Below are positions 52,475-64,000 of a DNA stretch of 64,000 bases, one piece after another (positions within the stretch are counted from its first letter, which is position 1; each line of letters begins with the position of its first letter). The DNA comes from Microcoleus sp. (lineage in GTDB: Bacteria; Cyanobacteriota; Cyanobacteriia; Cyanobacteriales; Microcoleaceae), in the NCBI GenBank assembly GCA_052279835.1, contig CP181291.1, forward strand, positions 2,272,001 through 2,336,000. Direction: 5' to 3'. A model generated the notes under the pieces. That model saw only the letters and a program-made list of their open reading frames with translations. It searched no databases and was not told the origin of the DNA. The position numbers and the translations under genes are program-made.

Positions 52475-52734
52475 ATCGCGATCGCCCGTTTGAAGTGTGT
52501 TGCGGTAACAGTTCCAGTATATTTCAAGTTTCGTCGCTTTTGCTGCAACAATCGAACTCAAAAGACTTTAAACTGTAGCTAGTCTCCCAGTTTCCAGAGC
52601 AAGCAGTCTAAGGAATTGATTGAGGCAGAAGTTGGCACAGCCCGCGTCAGTCGTATCTATACTGCAACTCCTAGCCTTCTTCTATTTAGCGCATGACTAA
52701 TAACTGATAACTAATGACTAATAACTACTGACTA

Positions 52735-54300
52735 ATGACTAATAAAATAATCAAAGCAATTAAATCAAGTGGTCTTTTAGGGGCGATCGCCTCTTTGACT
52801 GTACTCCTATTCGGCGGTTGGAGTGGAACTGTCATCGGCTGGCTGATGGGTACGGCTGCGGGCTTTATAGCTGCTCGAGAACAGAAGGCTTATAACCCGA
52901 AAATGGGTGCGACCATCGGCAGTTTAGCGGGGTTGGGCTTGGGAGTTTGGCTATTAGTTGCTAGCGTGGTAGAAGGGGTGGTAGTTAGACCTTTTTCTGG
53001 TCAATCTGCGGTGGATTTAGCGACTACTTTGCTCTATGGAATTTGCAGTTTGGCGATCGCCATTTTGACCGCTACATTAATGGGTGCTCTACAAGGTTTA
53101 CCAAACGAACGCCAGCGATTGGCAACTTTGGTGACATTAGCTTTTATTCTAATTCTGTTTCCGTTCATCGATCTTCAGGCAAAAACTGGCTGGATTGCTA
53201 CTGTAGTACAGATTCAAATCTTTATTATGTTGGCGCTGGGTTTAAACATTACTGTGGGTTTTGCGGGTTTGTTGGATTTGGGATATGCGGCATTTTTTGC
53301 GATCGGCGCTTACACCACGGCTTTGCTATCTTCTGGACAGGTAAATATTGCTTGGAATTTTTGGATAGTTTTGCCGATCGCCGCTGCTGTAGCTGGCATA
53401 TTCGGGGTAATCCTGGGTATTCCGACACTGCGACTCAAGGGCGACTATTTGGCAATTGTTACCCTGGGCTTTGGCGAAATTATTCCGGTTGTCTTTAGAA
53501 ACTTAACCGCGATTCGGATCGATGAACCAGTCTCGAAGATTGTGGCTTCGTTGTTGGGGAAACCAGAGTTGGTGTTATGTCTCGTTGGGTGCGATCGACC
53601 TTTCAACCTCACCGGTGGCGAAGCAGGAATAAACCCGATCGGGCGTCCATCTCTCCCCATCATCGGCACTTTCAGCACCGGCAACTACTTTCCCTGGTAC
53701 TACCTAATTTTACTATTAGTAGTCTTCTCATACTTTATGATTTCCCGACTCCGAGATTCCCGCCTAGGGAGGGCATGGAATGCCATGCGCGAAGATGAAT
53801 TAGCGGCTAGTGCCATGGGCATTAACCTCGTCAAAACCAAACTTTCGGCTTTTGCAATGGGAGCCACATTTTCGGGGTTTGCAGGCGCGTTTTACGCAGC
53901 TTATATCAGCGCCATTTTTCCCAGCGTCTTTGATTTTTCCGTCTCCGTAATCATCCTGTGCATGGTAATTTTAGGAGGCTTGGGCAACATGACTGGTGTG
54001 ATTTTGGGCGGTATCATTATCATGTCCGCCGATCGCCTTTATCTACCCCAACTAGCCCAAGTCTTGAAAGGTTTTCTGAATACTTTTGTACTACCCAGGA
54101 TTGCAATCCCGCAGTTAGCAGACTTTCTGGCTACCAGTTTAGACCCGATTCAAATGCGTTTATTTCTATTCGGTTTAACTCTAGTTGTCATGATGATTGT
54201 CCGCCCAGAAGGGCTGATTCCCGATAAAATTCATCAAGCTGAACTGCATGATGATGCTGAAGCGAGTAATGAGTCTTTAGCAGATGCCAGAAGTCAATAG
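52735..54300 (+). CDS. livM: Branched-chain amino acid ABC permease with an extra N-terminal TM region
   Basis: LGLNITVGFAGLLDLGYAAFFAIGAY, LRLKGDYLAIVTLGFGE and GRAW.AMREDE. Confidence 0.92.
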   Translation: MTNKIIKAIKSSGLLGAIASLTVLLFGGWSGTVIGWLMGTAAGFIAAREQKAYNPKMGATIGSLAGLGLGVWLLVASVVEGVVVRPFSGQSAVDLATTLLYGICSLAIAILTATLMGALQGLPNERQRLATLVTLAFILILFPFIDLQAKTGWIATVVQIQIFIMLALGLNITVGFAGLLDLGYAAFFAIGAYTTALLSSGQVNIAWNFWIVLPIAAAVAGIFGVILGIPTLRLKGDYLAIVTLGFGEIIPVVFRNLTAIRIDEPVSKIVASLLGKPELVLCLVGCDRPFNLTGGEAGINPIGRPSLPIIGTFSTGNYFPWYYLILLLVVFSYFMISRLRDSRLGRAWNAMREDELAASAMGINLVKTKLSAFAMGATFSGFAGAFYAAYISAIFPSVFDFSVSVIILCMVILGGLGNMTGVILGGIIIMSADRLYLPQLAQVLKGFLNTFVLPRIAIPQLADFLATSLDPIQMRLFLFGLTLVVMMIVRPEGLIPDKIHQAELHDDAEASNESLADARSQ

Positions 54301-54368
54301 TAATATCAATTCTGGTTAATTGGCGATCGCTATTCAACAAAACATCAGACAAGGGGGAAACATCAGCG

Positions 54369-55208
54369 ATGAGTAATAATTTAACTGGGACTGCTTTTAT
54401 TGTGGCAGAATTTAGAGCAGAAGAAAATGCAGAGACTACTCCTCTTTATACTGACAATGTAGTAAAAATCTGGCTCAATGAAGAAACCAGAAAAATTGCC
54501 AGCGAAATAGCTCAAAACTCTCCTGCTGCTAAAGAAATGATTAAATTGCGGACTAAATATTTTGATGATGTTTTGTCCAATCAAATTTTAGCAGGGTGCA
54601 AGCAAATCGTCATTCTAGGCTCTGGTTTGGATACTCGCGCTGCTAGAATCAATGGATCGGGAGTGATTTATTTTGAAATAGACGATCGCGCGACACTTGA
54701 ATTAAAAGAATCCACACTCAAAGCTCATAAAATTACGGCCAATGTCCGCTACATTCCGGGTGATTACGTCCACGATGGTTTAATAGCTTTGCTAAGACAG
54801 AGCGATTTTGATTTTGAGCAATATACATATTTTTTGTGGGAAGGGAACACCACCTTACTTGCCAAACAAGATGTCATCTTTGTATTAGAAACAATTCGCG
54901 ACCATGTTAAGGATTTTAAATTGTCCTTTGATTATATGTCGGAAAAGGTGATTGCGAGAACCACGGGCTACCAAGATATCAATGATTACATAGATAAATA
55001 CGAAAGTATGTACACACCGTGGATTACTGGGTTTGAAAATATTGAGACTTTGGCGGACGAACTAAGTCTCAAAATTATTGATAACTTCTCAACCGCCCAG
55101 TTGCACCAACAATATCGCCCTGAAGGTTCGTTAGCATCTAATCTTTTAAAGTTCTACTTTGTTTGTACCTTAGAAAATGCAGTAGGCTGTGTCAGTCCTG
55201 AGATTTGA
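54369..55208 (+). CDS. SAM-dependent methyltransferase (leucine carboxyl methyltransferase-like)
   Basis: TAF..AE.RA.E, RTKYFDD, QIVILGSGLDTR, FEID and WEG. Confidence 0.85.
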   Translation: MSNNLTGTAFIVAEFRAEENAETTPLYTDNVVKIWLNEETRKIASEIAQNSPAAKEMIKLRTKYFDDVLSNQILAGCKQIVILGSGLDTRAARINGSGVIYFEIDDRATLELKESTLKAHKITANVRYIPGDYVHDGLIALLRQSDFDFEQYTYFLWEGNTTLLAKQDVIFVLETIRDHVKDFKLSFDYMSEKVIARTTGYQDINDYIDKYESMYTPWITGFENIETLADELSLKIIDNFSTAQLHQQYRPEGSLASNLLKFYFVCTLENAVGCVSPEI

Positions 55209-55413
55209 CTCAACTCAAACAATATTCTGCTGACGCACCTTAGTAGAGTAAAGGCGATCGCACTTTGCTGCGCCCTAACGCCTGCAAAAGTATTTGCCAA
55301 TGTGTCTCAGGCAGGCTAAAATAGGAATTAACAAGCTTGACCGTCACGTCAGCAGGATTAGCCATCCTCTATATCGTAGGGTCAAGGTGGCATCGCTCCA
55401 ATTATTTAAAGCT

Positions 55414-56196
55414 ATGACTTTAGCGACAAAACAAATCATTGACCAAAGCAATGACACCGAAGAAATTAAGGGAGTTGGAGAACAATTTGCAGCGATACAA
55501 CAATCCTTAGAAAAAGCATTCCAATCTCAAGATGCTCTGGCACCAGAGGAAGGTATTAGAGAACTGCTGTCAATCTACGACCTTTATCTACATATTGAAT
55601 CAGAAAGCAATCCGGCGGAGAGATTTAAAAGTTTAGAAGAACTTGAACTTAGAGTCGAAGCATTTAAGACAAAGTACAGAGACTTTGCCCCGCAGGAAGC
55701 TGTTGATGGCATAGAAAAGGTGCAACTTTGGGCTAAAATATCTAGAAAAATGATATCTTCCAAAGTTTATACGCTTGCTGCATCTGTTGAAGACAACGAA
55801 GTAAAACAACTAGGATTATTTTACACAGGACTCATCGATTTATTAGAGATTGCAGAAAATTATCTCAGCTTCTTTACGCAAAGAGGTCGCGAATTAGTCA
55901 AAGCTCTAGCTCAGACAGTAATCAGCGATCAAACATTTGAAGATTATGCAAAGAAAAGACCAGCAGATGAAATCACCAGCGGAGCCATAAGCATAAGAAA
56001 TGCAGCCAAAGCAATTTTATGGGAAATCGATCGGTCCGATCGCAAAATTTTCTCGTATAAATCACTCTATGAAGAAGCCAACAATGCACTAAAAACAGAT
56101 GAGAAAGAAGAACTTCTTAAAACTCTGCGTTGCTGGCGTGAAGAAGACATCAACGAGCTTGAAAAGCTATCGGAAAACAAGCAACCTAACTCATGA
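55414..56196 (+). CDS. Helical hypothetical protein, candidate antitoxin of the downstream PIN protein
   Basis: ATGA-coupled to the PIN gene. Start placed at MTLATKQ (260 aa). Confidence 0.6.
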   Translation: MTLATKQIIDQSNDTEEIKGVGEQFAAIQQSLEKAFQSQDALAPEEGIRELLSIYDLYLHIESESNPAERFKSLEELELRVEAFKTKYRDFAPQEAVDGIEKVQLWAKISRKMISSKVYTLAASVEDNEVKQLGLFYTGLIDLLEIAENYLSFFTQRGRELVKALAQTVISDQTFEDYAKKRPADEITSGAISIRNAAKAILWEIDRSDRKIFSYKSLYEEANNALKTDEKEELLKTLRCWREEDINELEKLSENKQPNS

Positions 56197-56753
56197 CTAA
56201 GTTGATTTTTTTAGATACGGGTGTCGTCGGAAAACTCATACATCCCCTTGTTGACAAAGGCAAAAATAGGTTGAATCAAAGTGTTCAAAGCGCAGTTAAA
56301 GAATCGATTATAGAAGCCATTGAATGCAATGAATGGTTAGAGACCCTAATAAATGCAGAATACTCTGTAGCTATATCCGAAATCGTAAACTACGAAGCAA
56401 GGCGGGATCTTGTAAGACGAATCCGCGATCGCAAATCTCAACCAGAAGACAAACAAAAAGCTCTTAAAGCTATTCAAAGGCTAGATGCACTAATCACAAA
56501 AAAAGGAGTTGCATATTTTCCAGTTACTTGCGAAGAAGGCAACGTCATGCAAGAAGCGGCTGAGCTATGGGCTTTTGCACGCAATAATTCTTATGTAGCC
56601 TACGATGCAGACTTAATCATAGCTGCTCAAGCCGTCATTATTAAGAGAATAGGAATAGATGTAATCATTGCTACAACTGATACCGAAGACTTTAACCGAT
56701 TGTTGAAACACCACCAGATTGAAGCTAGGCGCTGGAGAGATATTAAACCTTAG
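56193..56753 (+). CDS. PIN-domain (VapC-like) nuclease
   Basis: IFLDTG, EIVNYEARR, AAELW, DADLIIAAQA and IATTD..DF. Confidence 0.85.
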   Translation: MTKLIFLDTGVVGKLIHPLVDKGKNRLNQSVQSAVKESIIEAIECNEWLETLINAEYSVAISEIVNYEARRDLVRRIRDRKSQPEDKQKALKAIQRLDALITKKGVAYFPVTCEEGNVMQEAAELWAFARNNSYVAYDADLIIAAQAVIIKRIGIDVIIATTDTEDFNRLLKHHQIEARRWRDIKP

Positions 56754-56844
56754 CTGAACAGTCATTTAATTTTCCACCTTTTTGTCCTGAAACTCAAAAA
56801 GCAAATCTCTAACAACCAAACTAAAATCAGGAAACACAACCAAA

Positions 56845-57624
56845 ATGTCATTATTAGAAGCACAACAACTTACCATGCGATTCGGTGGCTTGACTGCCGT
56901 AAATCAGGTCAGCTTAACTTTAGAAAAAGGGTCGATCGCCAGTTTGATCGGCCCCAACGGTGCAGGTAAAACCACGTTTTTTAATATGCTGACGGGAATT
57001 TATAAACCAAGTGCCGGTCAGTTGGTACTGGAAAATAAAAATATTACAGGCTTACCGCCCGATCGCCTGACAACTTTTGGCATTGCTAGAACCTTTCAAA
57101 ATATCCGCTTGTTTAACAACATGACTGTTTTGGATAATGTGCTAGTAGGTAGACACTGCCGCTTAAAAACAGGTTTGTTGGGTGCAATTCTCCGCCCTCC
57201 CACTGTGACTTTGGAGGAACGGGAAGCTAAGAAAAAAGCCTTGACGATGCTGGAATTTGTCGGTTTAGGTGCTGCGAAAGCCCCGGAGTTGGCAAAAAAC
57301 CTTTCCTACGGCGACCAGCGTAGATTGGAAATTGCTAGGGCTTTGGCATCAGACCCGAAAGTTTTGCTTTTAGATGAACCGACTGCGGGGATGAATCCCA
57401 ATGAAACAGCCGATTTAACTCGCTTTATTTACCGGATTCGGGATGAGTTGGATTTGAGTATTTTGCTAATTGAACATGATATGAAAGTGGTGATGGGAAT
57501 TAGCGATCGCGTCAGTGTTATGGAATATGGCACTAAAATTGCAGAGGGAACTCCGGTAGAAGTTCGCGCTAATCCTCGCGTGATTGAGGCATATTTGGGG
57601 AAAGAAGAAGATGCTAACGGGTAA
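56845..57624 (+). CDS. livG: Branched-chain amino acid ABC ATP-binding protein
   Basis: GPNGAGKTT, RTFQNIRLF, LSYGDQRRLEIARAL, LLDEP and IEHDM. Confidence 0.93.
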   Translation: MSLLEAQQLTMRFGGLTAVNQVSLTLEKGSIASLIGPNGAGKTTFFNMLTGIYKPSAGQLVLENKNITGLPPDRLTTFGIARTFQNIRLFNNMTVLDNVLVGRHCRLKTGLLGAILRPPTVTLEEREAKKKALTMLEFVGLGAAKAPELAKNLSYGDQRRLEIARALASDPKVLLLDEPTAGMNPNETADLTRFIYRIRDELDLSILLIEHDMKVVMGISDRVSVMEYGTKIAEGTPVEVRANPRVIEAYLGKEEDANG

Positions 57625-57748
57625 TAGTTCGACGAGTTGAATTGCGAAAATAATTAGGACGGGTTCGCCTGCCCATCCTAAAATTTTATTACCACAAATT
57701 TTGCAATGTTCTCTGCGGACTTTACAGATTTATGTTGTGGGATTTTTG

Positions 57749-58612
57749 CTAAACTTTTGAGGGGATTTCAGAGAATTTATTCTTGAGTTTTAGCGCCCTG
57801 ACCAAGAATCCGAAAAACAGTGCCGTACCTAATATTGTACTGGGTTCTGGAACTGCTTCTGCTGGTGCTTCTGCTTGTACTTCTGCAAAATTGTTCTGAA
57901 TTTCTACTAATCTTAAGCTAGTCGCGCTGTCGAAGGTCCGTGAATACCTCCACAAAGAAGTAAACAGGACGCTTTCTATAGTGTTTCCTGGTGCGTAAGG
58001 TGGTCTTAAAGTTAATTTAATTGCACCGAAATCGAAGTTATCGCTGCTGCTGTACAGGTTCCGAGTAAAGCCCTGAGAAGAGTTTAAATCACCAGACATC
58101 TGAAAAGAATCTAATAAAATGTTGGTAACAGTGTCAATCAACCCTAAAAATATACTTCCCCTGGCAATAGCGCGTTCAGATTGGCGGTTGTCAACTGATG
58201 CAAAAAGATTTAAATCTGTCCTAGCACCGAAGGAAAAAGTTTCTTTGGCATCAATGTAGAAGTCGCCGATAACTGTTGCTTGACTTTGGGCTGAACCTGT
58301 ATAGTTGCTGCCGGTGCCTGTGACTTCACTGTTGGAGAGGTTTGTAGCCAGCAATTGCTGACAGTTAGATATAAAAGCTGGATCGGCGCTGGCTTGGTTA
58401 ATCACAACACCGTTGTTAGCTATCCTCGAAGTGTTAGTGTCAGTAGATGTATCTGTCTCTGTCGGTCTGTGACTGAAGTTCTTAATGCTTATTTGTGCGG
58501 TAGAACCTGCTCTTGTAGCAGCACTGCTGGGCGCGATACCTACAGTCAAGCTGCTGACTAAAGGGGTTGCTAATAAAAATGCGATCGCTCCAACCCTGTG
58601 ATTTAATTTCAT
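57749..58612 (-). CDS. PEP-CTERM sorting domain protein
   Basis: N-terminal signal peptide; C-terminal AVPEPS, TM segment and basic tail. Confidence 0.85.
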   Translation of the reverse strand: MKLNHRVGAIAFLLATPLVSSLTVGIAPSSAATRAGSTAQISIKNFSHRPTETDTSTDTNTSRIANNGVVINQASADPAFISNCQQLLATNLSNSEVTGTGSNYTGSAQSQATVIGDFYIDAKETFSFGARTDLNLFASVDNRQSERAIARGSIFLGLIDTVTNILLDSFQMSGDLNSSQGFTRNLYSSSDNFDFGAIKLTLRPPYAPGNTIESVLFTSLWRYSRTFDSATSLRLVEIQNNFAEVQAEAPAEAVPEPSTILGTALFFGFLVRALKLKNKFSEIPSKV

Positions 58613-58925
58613 GGCGGCTATCCTAAAATTTGTACTTTTTTTAGTGCTGTGATTCTTTTGTTTTGTACTGGTTGGTTGTACTTACGTATTAATATTATCT
58701 CTTGAATGAGAGATTTTTGTAAAGCTACCGTCAAGAAATCATTTGTTTTATTAAAAGTTCTGTAAAGCAGGTGGCACTAACTTATCAAAATACCTGGAGT
58801 CAAAGCTATTGCTGGGTGTTGATTTAAGTTAAAATACTGTTTACTATAAAAAAGGTTAATTGTAAATTAATGCAATAAAAATTTATAATTAGTCTGGATA
58901 ATATAACAAAGCAGAAAGAGTAATT

Positions 58926-59633
58926 ATGTTGGAAATCAAAGACATTCACACCTACTACGGAAATATTCACGCCCTCAAAGGAGTATCGCTAACAGTCTCT
59001 CAGGGAGAAGTTGTGACATTAATCGGTAGCAATGGGGCTGGGAAAACTACAACTCTCCGCACGATTCAAGGGCTGCTGCGCCCACGCCAAGGTACTGTGT
59101 TATTTGAAGGGAAGCCTTTGGAATCGCTGTCTACAGAGGCAATTGTCCGTTTGGGTATTTCTCAAAGTCCCGAAGGGCGGCTAATTTTCCCGCGCATGAC
59201 AGTACAAGAAAACCTAGAAATGGGTGCTTATCTCCGTAATGATACTCTCGGTATTAAATCAGACATGGAAAAAGCATTAAATTTATTTCCCCGTTTGCGA
59301 GAAAGAATTAGTCAAAAAGGCGGTACTCTTAGCGGTGGTGAACAGCAAATGTTGGCGATCGGTCGCGCTTTGATGTCCCGCCCCCGTCTGTTATTATTGG
59401 ATGAGCCGAGTATGGGACTCGCACCGATGTTAGTGAGTCAAATTTTTGCGATCGTCCGCGATATTAATGCTCAAGGTACAACTATTTTACTCGTAGAACA
59501 AAACGCCCGCATGGCTTTAAGTGTAGCTCATCGCGGTTATGTCATCCAAACTGGTCAAGTTGTAGTCGCCGGTAGTGCTAGTGATTTGCAGTCAAATGAA
59601 ACTGTTCGCAAAGCATATTTAGGTGAAAGTTAA
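58926..59633 (+). CDS. livF: Branched-chain amino acid ABC ATP-binding protein
   Basis: GSNGAGKTT, PEGR.IF, LSGGEQQMLA and LVEQNA. Confidence 0.93.
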   Translation: MLEIKDIHTYYGNIHALKGVSLTVSQGEVVTLIGSNGAGKTTTLRTIQGLLRPRQGTVLFEGKPLESLSTEAIVRLGISQSPEGRLIFPRMTVQENLEMGAYLRNDTLGIKSDMEKALNLFPRLRERISQKGGTLSGGEQQMLAIGRALMSRPRLLLLDEPSMGLAPMLVSQIFAIVRDINAQGTTILLVEQNARMALSVAHRGYVIQTGQVVVAGSASDLQSNETVRKAYLGES

Positions 59634-59639
59634 ATAGTT

Positions 59640-59885
59640 ATATTGGTTATTTGTTATTGGTTATTTGTTATTTGTTGTTTGTTATTTGTGATTGGTTATT
59701 TGTTGGTAAAAACAACACTAATAATCAACAAATAATAGGACTTACGGATCAGCTCTATATGTAGTGTAAAAAATGTGGATTTTAGAGCAACTCATAGTCT
59801 TACAGAATATTTTTGGTGTAAGTCCTGAATAACCCACAACAAATAACAAATAACAAATAACCAATAACCAATAATAAATAACCAA
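59640..59885. repeat. Inverted STRR tracts flanking an AGGACTTAC...GTAAGTCCT element
   Basis: TTATTGG/TTATTTG tract on the left and CAAATAA/CCAATAA tract on the right, between convergent genes. Confidence 0.8.

Positions 59886-64000
<4,115 letters not shown>

Overview
64 kb of a filamentous cyanobacterial chromosome. Dense HIP1 (GCGATCGC) sites, heptamer STRR tracts, XisH/XisI, PEP-CTERM and Tic20 genes point to Oscillatoriales-like DNA (inference). The backbone carries signalling genes (RR-adenylate cyclase, RR, Cache/HAMP/PAS kinase, a large hybrid kinase), a phosphate module (phoX and an atypical SphR/PhoB-like regulator behind a clear Pho box), housekeeping genes (rpsF, aroQ, cinA, glyA, rqcH), GDP-fucose/polysaccharide genes, an SLH porin and a 1549-aa RTX metalloprotease. 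Accessory highlights: (1) a Tse2-like toxin / Tsi2-like immunity pair between HIP1-based direct repeats, in an island with a muramidase, small hydrophobic ORFs and a frameshifted HTH-NB-ARC regulator; (2) an apparently intact omegaRNA (HEARO) with a 3'-truncated iscB between inverted repeats; (3) a livKHMGF-type ABC operon with insertions at every junction, several bracketed by HIP1; (4) a candidate structured sRNA and two Yfr1 target sites. No CRISPR array, tRNA or rRNA was recognised. All family calls are from motif recognition, not database searches.
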